Below are positions 39,155-48,961 of a stretch of DNA of 64,000 nt, in pieces (within the stretch, counting starts at the first letter, position 1; each line of letters opens with the position of its first letter). The stretch lies in NCBI GenBank assembly GCA_016214745.1, contig JACRNW010000001.1, positions 67,150-131,149 of the forward strand. The letters are read 5' to 3'. The DNA comes from Candidatus Falkowbacteria bacterium. GTDB taxonomy: Bacteria > Patescibacteriota > Patescibacteriia > XYB2-FULL-38-15. Below the pieces are notes generated by a model that did not search any database, was not told where the DNA came from, and was given only the letters and a program-made list of their open reading frames with translations. Both the position numbers and the translations under genes were made by a program.

Positions 39155-40594
39155 TTACATTTTTACCGCGGGTTTTGCCTCTTCGGCCAACCGCGCCGCG
39201 GCAAGCGCCACACCGAGCGGCAGCCACATTTTAGAAACAAAATAAGAAGTGTTGAAAAGTTGGAAAATAATGCTGCCGGCCGAAGTTAGAATCAGAGCTA
39301 AAAGAATACATTTATAAGGAGAATCTTCCGGCGTTTGTCTGTAAGTTCCAACCAGCCGCCAGATAATGTAACCAAGTAAAGAAAAAAATGTCAAAAAACC
39401 GAGCGCCCCAGTTTCAGCCAAAAGTTTTTGCACCACGCCATGAGCCTCGGACGGACTGCCAAAATCAACAATATACCATCGATTCATCGCCACTTGTTCA
39501 ACAAAAGTTCCGGCGCCGGCGCCGACAATCGGATGTTTAATAAAAGTTTCAAGAGCGATTTTGGTCAGCGCCAAACGATTCATATTAGAACTTCTAACAA
39601 TCTCGCTCGTCATAAAAATGTAGCCGTAAACCAAAAGCGGCGAAAGAATCAGCATAACCACGAGACCGAGTTCAAAATAATTTCTTATATTTTTTCTATA
39701 TTTTATTAAAACCAAAGCTAAAAGTTCAAAGGCCAGAGCAATCCATCCCGTTCTGGAAAAAGTCAGGAGATTAATCGCCGCCATCAAAAGCACGCCGGTT
39801 ATTAAAAGTTTTTTAAGCCAAATCTCTTTGGCTTCCCAAATTAAAATAAAACCGATTGGAATAACACTGATTAAAACTTCGGCAATCAAATTATGATTAG
39901 TCCCAAGAATCGGCACGCCAAAAATTGGCAAAGGCAGAGCGCGCCGCAGAAGCCCGGAATTTTCAGAAAATAAAATTGACCAAAGGCCCATTAGGGCGAC
40001 AAAAATTCCCACCGCGTAAAAAATTCTAAGAACATTTAAAAGAACTTTTTTGGAATTAATAACATTATATGGTAATACAACAAACATCAGATAGAAAAAT
40101 GTCAGCGGCCGGAAAATATACTTTAAACTGTAAAGAATATTTTCCGCGTTGATTAAAGATAGAAGCGAAGCCGCAAAAAATAAAAAGAAAAAGAATAGGC
40201 CGGGAAAATTTTCAAAAGAAAGTTTTGCGCCCCCACCCATCTGTTTTATAAAATGAAGCCCTCCATGAGGCGGAAGAAGCAAAGAACGCAGCGCCCAAGA
40301 GGCAAAAACTACCATGGCAATTAAATCAACGTAAGGAACATTGATATCGCGTCCGATGAACAACTGCAAATAAATAAATGGATAGAGCAGCACCATCAAA
40401 TACAACCCGAGAGTGATAAAACGAAAAAAGAAAAGCAAAATTAAAATTGCCAAGAGAATGCCTAAAACATATTGCCAGGGAGCAAAAAGCGCGACAATCG
40501 TAATTCCAACAATCAAAACCAGCGTCCAAATCAAAAAACGCTTTTGCTCTTCAGGCGTATGCCCGGGAAATAAAGTTTGGCCGAGATGCATCAT
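39155..40594 (-). CDS. O-antigen ligase/polymerase (Wzy_C) family polytopic membrane protein
   Basis: About 10 TM helices. The central loop ...LTFSRTGWIALAFELLAL... is typical of the Wzy_C domain. Confidence 0.62.
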   Translation of the reverse strand: MMHLGQTLFPGHTPEEQKRFLIWTLVLIVGITIVALFAPWQYVLGILLAILILLFFFRFITLGLYLMVLLYPFIYLQLFIGRDINVPYVDLIAMVVFASWALRSLLLPPHGGLHFIKQMGGGAKLSFENFPGLFFFFLFFAASLLSLINAENILYSLKYIFRPLTFFYLMFVVLPYNVINSKKVLLNVLRIFYAVGIFVALMGLWSILFSENSGLLRRALPLPIFGVPILGTNHNLIAEVLISVIPIGFILIWEAKEIWLKKLLITGVLLMAAINLLTFSRTGWIALAFELLALVLIKYRKNIRNYFELGLVVMLILSPLLVYGYIFMTSEIVRSSNMNRLALTKIALETFIKHPIVGAGAGTFVEQVAMNRWYIVDFGSPSEAHGVVQKLLAETGALGFLTFFSLLGYIIWRLVGTYRQTPEDSPYKCILLALILTSAGSIIFQLFNTSYFVSKMWLPLGVALAAARLAEEAKPAVKM

Positions 40595-40612
40595 AAACTT
40601 CCTGTTTTAACC

Positions 40613-41599
40613 CTATCTTTTGAATTTATTTCTAAAAATCCACCAGCCCACCCTAAAAGGGTGATTTTTAATCGCCGTTCTCGCCGTGCAAATCATCCAA
40701 ACATCTTGTTTCGCCTCGCGAACTTTCGCGCGCGCCGCTTCCGCTTCGGGAGAATTCCAAATTTCTTCAAAATTTTTCTCGTGCAAATTACCCATCACGG
40801 CGTTATGCACGACTGACGGATAAACTTTGCCAAACGGATCAAGAAAGAAAAAATCTGTTCCGGCCCGCGAAGGCAGAGCTTGCTTGCCGGTTTTGGCGAA
40901 ATTATAGAGACTATCGGCAAAATAAGTCCGCGCCCATCTCTTCGGCTGCCAACCATGCAACTCTTGTCTAATAACATAATTAAATTGCTCTTTCAAAATA
41001 TTGATATCCGGAGATTCCTGCACTTGTTTGCCTCCGAAGAAAAATTCTGAGCTCTGGGCCAAAGCCAAAGTAAATTGCACACCAAGTTCTCTTGATAAAT
41101 CGTAAACTTTGCTCATGTGCAAAATATTTTGTTTTGAAATAGTAAAAGCTAAACGCAGATTATTCATCCCAACTTCTTCGCGCAATACTTTCACGGTCTT
41201 TGTCGCTAAATTAAATCCTCCGGGAATGCCGCGGATTTTGTCGTGCATTTCACCGATTCCGTCAATTGAAATCCCAACTCCGGCTGTGGGAACATATTTT
41301 AAAATTTCCCGCATTTTTTCTTTAATCAAATCTGTGAGATAACCGTTTGTGGAAATAACAGTTCTCGCCTTTGGGCAGGTTTCGTGCAAAATTCTTACTA
41401 AATCTACGATGTCTTGCCGCAAAAACGGTTCGCCGCCGCTTACATTAATATCGCACAAAGTCGGCGGCAATTTTTTATATTGTTCCAGCTCCAGCTCCGG
41501 CGTATCTTTTAGTTTCCAAATATCGCACATCGTGCAGCGCGAATTACACCGATACGTCACGGCTAAAACACAATCAATGGGGAGATTTACTTTATTCAT
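40613..41599 (-). CDS. radical SAM enzyme
   Basis: CNSRCTMCDIW has the CxxxCxxC motif near the N-terminus. Confidence 0.7.
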   Translation of the reverse strand: MNKVNLPIDCVLAVTYRCNSRCTMCDIWKLKDTPELELEQYKKLPPTLCDINVSGGEPFLRQDIVDLVRILHETCPKARTVISTNGYLTDLIKEKMREILKYVPTAGVGISIDGIGEMHDKIRGIPGGFNLATKTVKVLREEVGMNNLRLAFTISKQNILHMSKVYDLSRELGVQFTLALAQSSEFFFGGKQVQESPDINILKEQFNYVIRQELHGWQPKRWARTYFADSLYNFAKTGKQALPSRAGTDFFFLDPFGKVYPSVVHNAVMGNLHEKNFEEIWNSPEAEAARAKVREAKQDVWMICTARTAIKNHPFRVGWWIFRNKFKR

Positions 41600-41627
41600 A
41601 TATTTATACCATTATAGCATCTCACGA

Positions 41628-41691
41628 GAATAAAAAAAGCGGGCGGGACGCTCTACGTGTCACTTTCTCAACACGTAAAACGCCCGCCCGC
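41628..41691 (-). terminator. rho-independent terminator with a very GC-rich stem at the low-GC/high-GC boundary
   Basis: Minus strand: GCGGGCGGGCGTTTTACGTGTTGAGAAAGTGACACGTAGAGCGTCCCGCCCGC then TTTTTTTATT. Confidence 0.6.
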
Positions 41692-42436
41692 AGCCCCAGT
41701 TCAGGGGCAGCGGATCAGCTGGACCAACTTGCATCGGCCCATTTGACCACATCTCGCACCCCGTCTGCTGGGGTGCAGGGATTTCCGGGGAGGGAGAAAC
41801 GGAAACCCCCACACTCTCCTCCTCGTCCGCCATGTGATGGCGGACTTACGAATTGTCCCTCCGGGAGGTTGCTACGGACGCTGGTTCCGCAGGTTGCAGC
41901 CGCCCAATCGGTTGTCGACGCTCCAGAATGCATCCGGAACGCCGCCAAGCGTGGCGCTGTGAGAACCCTGCAGAGTGCCGGGCGGGTAGGGACCAACGCA
42001 GCCCCAGAACGGCGGCGCAAGTTCGGCCACCGTCTGGTACTCAATGTACCAACCCGGATCGAGGGCCACGCTGAAGCAAACGGAGCTCACGCTCGTCGCC
42101 TCAACCAAGACGCTCCAGGGACCGGTGCAGACAAGACGGCCGTCAAGACCGTCAGTCGGACCCATGGAGATCGTCGTGCCGACGCAGCCTTCGATCGCGA
42201 TCCTCGGAGCGACGGCGCCCGCGTCCCAGCAGTGAGTGTACCTGCCGGGGCCGGTGCAGCCGTCGTCTACGACCGTGTCGCAGTCATCATCCGTCCCGTT
42301 GTCGCAGATCTCGGGGCGGACCACGGAGCAGCTCGTACTGCATCCGTTGTCGATGAAGCCGTCACAGTTGTCGTCCAACCCGTTGCCGCAGATTTCCGGC
42401 GGCACGGGTCCGCAGGTCCCGCAGGAGTTGAGTAAC

Positions 42437-42574
42437 CCTTCGTCGATCGAGCCGTTGCAGTCGTTGTCCACGCCGTCGCAGGTCTCGGGCGAACCCGCGA
42501 TCTCGCCGGCGCAGACGCCCCAGCGACCACCGCTGCAGGTCTGGGTACCACGGGCGCAAGCGCCCATGTCCGTC
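42437..42574. repeat. 138-bp repeat, identical to 43158-43296 (Cys-rich repeat unit)
   Basis: Direct comparison. Encodes ...TDMGACARGTQTCSGGRWGVCAGEIAGSPETCDGVDNDC in the true frame. Confidence 0.8.
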
Positions 42575-43157
42575 CGGCTGAGTGGTGCCGTCGACGCAGG
42601 AGCAACCCTCGTCGATGTCGCCGTCGCAGTCGTTGTCGATCGTGTCGCAGGATTCGGAAGCGGCCGGAGCGACGTAGCCGACGCAGACACCCCAGTAACG
42701 TCCGTCCGTGCACGTCTCGAGCCCACTCACGCAGGCCCCGAGGTCCGTCCCACAAGCTCGGGTTGCCCCGGGCGTGCAGATGCAGTCCTCATTGACGAGA
42801 CCGTTGCAGTTCTCGTCCAACGTGCCGGTGCAAACTTCCGGGGCGGGTCCGACGAAACCGGTGCAAGCGTTCCAGCGGCCCATGACGCAAGTCTGGGTTC
42901 CGCGAGAGCACTCGCCCGTGTCGTCGCCGCAGGGCTGGGCCGTACCGTTCACGCAAGAACAGCCCTCGTCCACTTCGGTGTCGCAGTCGTTGTCCAGCGT
43001 GTCACAGGTCTCGGGGGCAGGAGGCAGGAAGCCCACGCCGCCGCAGTCGGACCACTGTCCGGCTCCGAACCCGTTGTTCAAACAGGTCCGGGTCCCCATG
43101 ACGCACTCGCCGAGGTCGGTACCGCACGACTCGGAAACGCCGATGGTGCAGGTGCAC

Positions 43158-43296
43158 CCTTCGTCGATCGAGCCGTTGCAGTCGTTGTCCACGCCGTCGC
43201 AGGTCTCGGGCGAACCCGCGATCTCGCCGGCGCAGACGCCCCAGCGACCACCGCTGCAGGTCTGGGTACCACGGGCGCAAGCGCCCATGTCCGTCC
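43158..43296. repeat. 138-bp repeat, second copy
   Basis: Identical to 42437-42574. Confidence 0.8.
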
Positions 43297-44766
43297 TCCG
43301 CGAGGAGCGGATCACAGACCTCGGTGTCGGGGGCGATACCCGTGCAGTCGCTCCAGAATCCGCCAATGCAGAACTGGGCACCGAGCGTGCACTCACCCAT
43401 CTCCTCGCCGCAGAGGCGAGAAGAAGTTCCGACGCACTCGCAGCCTTCGTCGATCGTGGTGTCGCAATCGTTATCCACGCCGTCGCAGGTTTCGGAGGCG
43501 GGACCCGTGCCAAGGCACAGTCCCCAGTGACCGCCCATGCAATACTGGAGGCCGGTGGCGCAGGCGCCGATGTCCGTACCGCAGACGCGACCGTCGCCGG
43601 ACCGACATTCGCAGTCTTCGTCGATCGAGCCGTCGCAGTCGTTGTCCGAGCCGTCGCAGTACTCCGGGGTCACGACGCCGCAGGAGCCGCACGCATTGAG
43701 CAGCCCCTCGTCGACGCGACCGTCGCAGTTGTCGTCGAAACCGTTGCAGATCTCGGCCGACGGAAAGTGCTGGGGCTGACATGGGCCGTAACCCGAGTCA
43801 TCCGCCAGACAGAACATCCGACCCTCGGCACAAGCGCCGAGGAATCCCGGAATCATGCAGTCGATCGGCAGGCCGGTGTGATCGCAGGCGCAGCTCTCGT
43901 CGACTCGTCCGTCGCAGTTGTCGTCCACGCGGTTGCCGCAGACTTCCGGATTCTCATCCGGCCGAGTCGTGGGCTCGCAGACGTCGGAGTAACCCGATCC
44001 GTCCGCGAGACACCGCATCTCGCCGACCGCGCAGACGCCGGGAATGAGGGTGTTGCAGGGAATGACGTCGCCCAGGGGGCAAACGCCCTCGCCGCACACA
44101 CCGTCTTCGTCGGTCTCGCCGTCGCAATCGTTGTCCACGCCGTCGCAGGTCTCGGTCGTGCCGGCGCAATCCGGCGTGCCGGCGCAGTGGCCGGTCTCGT
44201 CGCAGTACATGCCGAGCGAACAGTCGATGAACGCATTGCAGATCGCGCGGCACTCGCCGCGGAAGCACTCTCCGACTTCGCAGTCGGAGTCCGAGGTACA
44301 CTCGTACCCCGCGTAGAAGGTGGTGCCCCCGCCGCCGCAGCCGAAGCTCGCGGCGCCGAGCACCGTGGTACACACGCACACCAAGATCCAGTTCGTCCAG
44401 TTCCTCATGTTCTCCCTTTCCATCTTCCTGTCCCTCCTCTTGTGCGGTGGAGCCGCACGCGGCAGATCCGCCGCCAAAAACCGAACTACCAACGTCAATA
44501 CCGTGCCTTGTTTACGGCACGGCAAACTCCTCCGCACGGATGTGCGAAGGAGAGATTACCAAAATTCCTAATTGTCAACGAACAGCAGTTTTTGACCTTT
44601 TATCTTTATTTCACAACAAGAAAGAGGGTTTTTATCCCCCTCCTTCTCGGTCAAAAACCGCACACTATAATTTAACATAAACTACAAATTTGTCAAGAGG
44701 ATAAAACAAAAACAGAGGATTTGACCCCTGCTTTGTTAAAACGTTTTATTCTTTATTTTTTTACTG

Positions 44767-45111
44767 TTATTTTACCGCTTCCGCGATTTTGGCGAAAACC
44801 GCTGGATGGTTTTCCGCCAAATCAGCCAAGATTTTTCTGTCCAAATCAATTTTTGCCTTGCGGAGCGCTCCGGAAAGTTTGCTGTAACTCAAACCGTTAG
44901 CGCGACTCGCGGCCCCTATTTTAATCTGCCAAAGTTGACGGGCAATTCTCTTTTTTGCTCGACGATCACGATAAGCATAAACTCCGGCCTTAAGCATCGC
45001 GACTCTGGCCAATTTTATTTTGCTCTTTCTCCCCCATTTGTAACCCTTAGTTTGTTTCAGAAGATTCTTTCGTCTCTTCAAATGGTTTTTTCCTCTTTTA
45101 ACTCTCGGCAT
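44767..45111 (-). CDS. rplT: 50S ribosomal protein L20
   Basis: MPRVKRGKNHLKRRKNLLKQTKGYKWGRKSKIKLA... Confidence 0.95.
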   Translation of the reverse strand: MPRVKRGKNHLKRRKNLLKQTKGYKWGRKSKIKLARVAMLKAGVYAYRDRRAKKRIARQLWQIKIGAASRANGLSYSKLSGALRKAKIDLDRKILADLAENHPAVFAKIAEAVK

Positions 45112-45136
45112 AAATAAAAATCTAAAAAATTATAAT

Positions 45137-45331
45137 TTAGTACTTATTCAACAATGTCTTAACGGTCTTGTCATAGACTTTGGAAACTTTGGTGTCTCGC
45201 CGTTTTTTTCTTGTTATTTTTCCGGAATCACGAGTATTAAAATGATCCTGACCGGCGTGACGTTTCAAAATCTTTGATTTTTTTGTAATTTTAAATCTCT
45301 TAGCGGCTAATTTATGAGTTTTTATTTTCAT
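45137..45331 (-). CDS. rpmI: 50S ribosomal protein L35
   Basis: MKIKTHKLAAKRFKITKKSKILKRHAG... Confidence 0.9.
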   Translation of the reverse strand: MKIKTHKLAAKRFKITKKSKILKRHAGQDHFNTRDSGKITRKKRRDTKVSKVYDKTVKTLLNKY

Positions 45332-45349
45332 AGTTTCAATAAAATTAAT

Positions 45350-45892
45350 TTACTTCTTGCCAACCGTCACAGAGAGTCGGCCTCCCTGAAAACTTAATGG
45401 TTGTTCAATTTTTGTAGACACTAAATTATTAAGCGCGTTGATAAATTGACTGGCGACTTCCCGTGCCATATTGGCGTATTGTCTTTCTCTGCCTTTCAAA
45501 ATAATTTCTATTTTTACTTTATCACCTGATTCTAAAAAATCTTTGGCCTGATTTAATCTAACGTCGCGATCGTGCGAACTGATACGAAGGGAAAGCCGGA
45601 CGCCCTTAATTTCTACTTTTTTTGCTTTAGCTTTTTGCTTTCTTGCTTCTTTATCCTTTTGATACAAAAATTTTCCGTAGTCAAGAATTTTGGCGATCGG
45701 AGGATCGGCTTTAGGAAAAACTTCTACCAAATCCAGCTCTCGCTCGCGGGCGATCCGCACCGCCTCCGGTACGGCCATCACGCCGAGATTTTGTCCATTC
45801 TCATCAATGACGCGGACCTGGGGCGCCTTTATTTGTTCGTTAATCCAATAATTAACCGTTTGAACTTTAACTTGTTTTCTTGAAATGCGCAA
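45350..45892 (-). CDS. infC: translation initiation factor IF-3
   Basis: INEQIKAPQVRVIDENGQNLGVM...ELDLVEV...KGRERQYANMAREV. The true start may be a non-ATG codon upstream. Confidence 0.85.
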   Translation of the reverse strand: MRISRKQVKVQTVNYWINEQIKAPQVRVIDENGQNLGVMAVPEAVRIARERELDLVEVFPKADPPIAKILDYGKFLYQKDKEARKQKAKAKKVEIKGVRLSLRISSHDRDVRLNQAKDFLESGDKVKIEIILKGRERQYANMAREVASQFINALNNLVSTKIEQPLSFQGGRLSVTVGKK

Positions 45893-45915
45893 GGTTTTTA
45901 ATTTTAATATTAAAT

Positions 45916-45940
45916 TATTTTGGTGGAGATGGCGGGAATT
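45916..45940. repeat. 25-nt direct duplicate of the tmRNA 3' end (tattttggtggagatggcgggaatt)
   Basis: Identical to 46081-46105. Lies ~165 bp downstream of the intact tmRNA 3' end. Confidence 0.7.
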
Positions 45941-46085
45941 TCACTGCTCGCTCACTTCGTTCACTGCGCTTTAAAACTCTGCGGTTTTAATATTTCCGCG
46001 AACGGAAACCTTACGGTTTCCGACCCTTCCCTGGTTCAATTCCCTATCTCAGATAACAAACTATTTTTTAATTTCTAATTTATTT

Positions 46086-46469
46086 TGGTGGAGATGGCGG
46101 GAATTGAACCCGCGTCTAGAAGTCTTCGACAAAACGAATCTACAAGTTTAGCTAAATTAAATTTTTAAAACACAAGGTATAAATTTAGCAAAATCCTTGT
46201 GCCCGAGGCCTATTAATTTTCAAAAATTTCTCTAAGCCAAAGAAATTTTCTATCTCGGTTATGACACCGGGACCCGCCTACCGAGAGTCGGCGGCCGATG
46301 TGCCGCGGCTAGTTAAGCCGTGGCAGGAGCAAAGCTCGGAACGCGAAAAGCGCTCTTTACCTTGTTAAATAAGTTTGCACTTATTGATTTTGCCAAAGTT
46401 TTGCGAGATTGTGGCAATACTCGACTTGCTCATTTTGTAAAGAACTCCTATCGAGGCCTGTCATCCCCA
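46086..46469 (-). ncRNA. ssrA: tmRNA (transfer-messenger RNA)
   Basis: 3' end ...GACGCGGGTTCAATTCCCGCCATCTCCACCA (T-arm plus acceptor with encoded CCA). A candidate 5' end GGGGATGACAGGCCTCGATAGG pairs with the 3' acceptor strand. Directly follows smpB. About 384 nt. I could not resolve the tag reading frame. Confidence 0.6.
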
Positions 46470-46473
46470 AAAA

Positions 46474-46917
46474 TTATTTCTTCATCGCTTCACGAATTTT
46501 TTTGTCTATTTCTCTCTTTTTAATAAGATCTCTTTTCTCGTATTTCTTTTTGCCCCTGCCAATCCCAAATTCAAGTTTTATCTTATTGCCTTTAGTATAA
46601 ACTCTAATCGGCACTAAAGTCAAGCCCTTTTGCTTGATTTTTCCGTAAAGCGAAGATAGCTCTTCTTTTCTAAGAAGCAATTTGCGAGGCCGAGTCGGTT
46701 CATAATTCGGGAGCGCGCCAGCCATTTTATAAGGCGAAACGTGGGCATTAGTAAGCCAGGCTTCGTTTCCTTTTAAAGTAACAAAAGCCCCGGCCAAAGA
46801 TATGTGGCCGGTTTTAATTGATTTGACTTCCTGACCCGTGAGGACTATTCCCGCTTCAAATCGTTCAAGAATTTCATAATCAAAACTGGCTCGTTTGTTG
46901 ACAGAAATTGCTGGCAT
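46474..46917 (-). CDS. smpB: SsrA-binding protein
   Basis: FDYEILERFEAGIVLTGQEVKSIK...KLLLRKEE... Confidence 0.9.
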   Translation of the reverse strand: MPAISVNKRASFDYEILERFEAGIVLTGQEVKSIKTGHISLAGAFVTLKGNEAWLTNAHVSPYKMAGALPNYEPTRPRKLLLRKEELSSLYGKIKQKGLTLVPIRVYTKGNKIKLEFGIGRGKKKYEKRDLIKKREIDKKIREAMKK

Positions 46918-47060
46918 ACCCCGTTAAAAATCTGTTTTTAAAGTTATTAACGTTTCCTTCCAAAAAAATAAAAAATTGATTTTATATCCCGCTTCCTCGA
47001 GCGAAAAATTTTTATAAAAAATTTTAGCCGAGGATTTCTAACGGGGCATAACTTTTATAT
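46915..47060. repeat. second element bounded by the same inverted repeat family (CATACCCCGTTAAAA ... TTCTAACGGGGCAT), with no ORF inside
   Basis: The arms match the 7846-8132 element. The left arm again overlaps a start codon (smpB). Internal taacgtttcc resembles the first element. Confidence 0.5.
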
Positions 47061-47161
47061 TATAAATCAATAATCGATATTTTTCAATAAAAATTCCTTG
47101 CCGCGCTCACAATTTTATGCTATCATTTAATCAATCCATTAACTTATAATCCACTAAAATT

Positions 47162-48184
47162 ATGCCTGACCAAAAACCGACCACCTGGAATATATCCACT
47201 CTGGCAATCGTCAAAATTATTTTAACTTTGCTGATTTTGTATTTTGCTTATTTAATGTGGGACATTCTTGTTTTAATCATTATGGCCATAATTTTAGCCG
47301 TTTTGATTGACCCCTTGGCAGACCGGTTTGAAAAAAGAAAAGTTCCCCGCACTCTGGCCGTTCTCTTGGTTTACATAATTTTAATTTCACTCATCGGCCT
47401 GATTGTTGTTTTAATCGTCCCGCCCATTACCACTCAATTTCAGCAACTAACCGATAATATTCCAAATTATTGGGATCGCCTGAAAGCTCTGGGAGCCGAA
47501 GATCTTTTGGCCAAATACGATCTCTCTGCGCTTCAAAATAGTTTCAAAGCTATTGAGACCAGTCTGACCGAAGGAATTTTCACCGGCTTGGGCGGAATTT
47601 TTGGCGGAGTCGTTTCTTTCTTTTTGGTTTTAGTTCTGACTTTTTACATGGTCGTGGAAGAAAAAGAATTAAAAAACGTCGTTCGCTCGCTCGTCCCGGC
47701 CCATTACCAGCCGTATCTTTCCCAACTTGCCGGACGGATGAAAGAAAAAATGGCTGCCTGGCTCAAGGGACAATTGATTCTCTGTCTCATTATCGGGCTG
47801 GCCGTTTTCACTGGCCTTTCTATTTTGGGAGTCAAGTATGCTTTGGTTCTCGGCCTCATCGCTGGATTTTTGGAAATTATTCCTTACGTTGGCCCGTGGG
47901 TCGCCGCGGCGCTTGCTATCTTTATCGCCCTGGGACAATCCCCGATGCTCGCCCTCTTTACTCTCATTCTTTTTGTCGTGGTGCAATGGTTGGAAAATAA
48001 TCTTTTGGTTCCAAAAATTCTGCAGAAGGCCGTCGGTTTAAACCCGATCATCTCTATCCTCGCGATTATCACGGGCGCCAAACTCGCCGGATTCCTTGGG
48101 GTGCTCTTCGCCATTCCCGTCGCCAGCGCTCTTTCAATTTTACTTCAGGACTTTTTTAGAAACGGCGGAAAACCAAACGTTTAA
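47162..48184 (+). CDS. AI-2E family transporter (UPF0118/PerM)
   Basis: Eight TM helices. C-terminal ...LVPKILQKAVGLNPIISILAIITGAKLAGFLGVLFAIPVAS. Confidence 0.8.
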   Translation: MPDQKPTTWNISTLAIVKIILTLLILYFAYLMWDILVLIIMAIILAVLIDPLADRFEKRKVPRTLAVLLVYIILISLIGLIVVLIVPPITTQFQQLTDNIPNYWDRLKALGAEDLLAKYDLSALQNSFKAIETSLTEGIFTGLGGIFGGVVSFFLVLVLTFYMVVEEKELKNVVRSLVPAHYQPYLSQLAGRMKEKMAAWLKGQLILCLIIGLAVFTGLSILGVKYALVLGLIAGFLEIIPYVGPWVAAALAIFIALGQSPMLALFTLILFVVVQWLENNLLVPKILQKAVGLNPIISILAIITGAKLAGFLGVLFAIPVASALSILLQDFFRNGGKPNV

Positions 48185-48195
48185 CAATTTTTAAA

Positions 48196-48957
48196 ATGAC
48201 TCGCATTAACGATCCTTCCTCTGACCCATGGATCAAAAAAGTTGATGAAAAAGAAAAATTAAAAGACGAAATCCGCGGAGAAGTTGTCAGAGAAATAAAA
48301 ACAAAAAAACGCAAAAAATTTTTTACTTGCTGTTTTTTTGAATTACTAATTATAATTCTGATTTTTGGGGGTCTGGTCGCCGCAGTTGCGAAAACCGGTG
48401 TAATTACTATTCCGATTTTTTCTAAATTATTTTATGATAAACCCGCGCCACAAAGAATCGTTTCAATAAATCCCGATGAAACAAAAAGTTTTGAAGAAAA
48501 AATCGTTGAAAAACTTGAGCAACTCAAATTAAAAACTCCCGCCGTCGGAGAAAATTATGAAGTCGTATTAGAATTTACGGAAGAAGAATTAACTGGTTTT
48601 CTCAAGTCCATGGAAGCGGATGAAAATTCGCCTTTCACTGATTCCCAAGTTTCCGTCAGTCCCGAGGGCGTTGAACTTTTTGGCGAATTGAAAAATTTAA
48701 ACCACGCTTTCTTGACAATCACCCTGAAGCCGGAAATAATAAATAATAATTTTAAAATCTCATTTAAAAAAATAAAACTTGGCAATCTGTCTTTGCCGGC
48801 CTCACTCGGAAATTTTCTGGTGGACAGACTGCTGAAAGATCAATTTGATTCCGCCGAGAAGTCTGTCTCTGAATTTGGAAAACTGGAAAATATAGAACTC
48901 TCCGATGGCAAAATAATTTTCCGCGGCCAATTAAACGCTTCGGCTTTTACTGAATGA
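48196..48957 (+). CDS. hypothetical single-pass membrane protein
   Basis: One TM helix (FFELLIIILIFGGLVAAVA). No motif recognised. Confidence 0.4.
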   Translation: MTRINDPSSDPWIKKVDEKEKLKDEIRGEVVREIKTKKRKKFFTCCFFELLIIILIFGGLVAAVAKTGVITIPIFSKLFYDKPAPQRIVSINPDETKSFEEKIVEKLEQLKLKTPAVGENYEVVLEFTEEELTGFLKSMEADENSPFTDSQVSVSPEGVELFGELKNLNHAFLTITLKPEIINNNFKISFKKIKLGNLSLPASLGNFLVDRLLKDQFDSAEKSVSEFGKLENIELSDGKIIFRGQLNASAFTE

Positions 48958-48961
48958 AAAA

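Larger units (their letters stand above)
41872..44407 (-). pseudogene. secreted cysteine-rich repeat protein with >12 MopE-like putative metal-binding motifs (CDGxDNDCDGxxDEGC). The frame is broken across three ORFs
   Basis: Start at MRNWTNWILVCVCTTVLGAASFGCGGG with a GGGAG RBS. Repeats of ExCDGVDNDCDGxIDEGC...CGTDxGxCxxGxQxCxxGxWxxC. ORFs 43002-44537, 42362-43513 and 41872-42726 carry successive in-frame parts. About 25 aa of a repeat is missing at the first junction. Confidence 0.62.
41700..44570. other. high-GC island 1 (foreign-composition DNA)
   Basis: Base composition shifts abruptly at both ends. Long antisense ORFs on both strands are typical of high-GC coding DNA. Confidence 0.7.

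Noticed and set aside
42236-44675. Long plus-strand ORFs (487 and 655 aa) across high-GC island 1
   Set aside because: They are antisense to the clearly repetitive Cys-rich gene, and their translations are low-complexity Pro/Ser/Arg/Val-rich. They are an artefact of high-GC DNA lacking stop codons.
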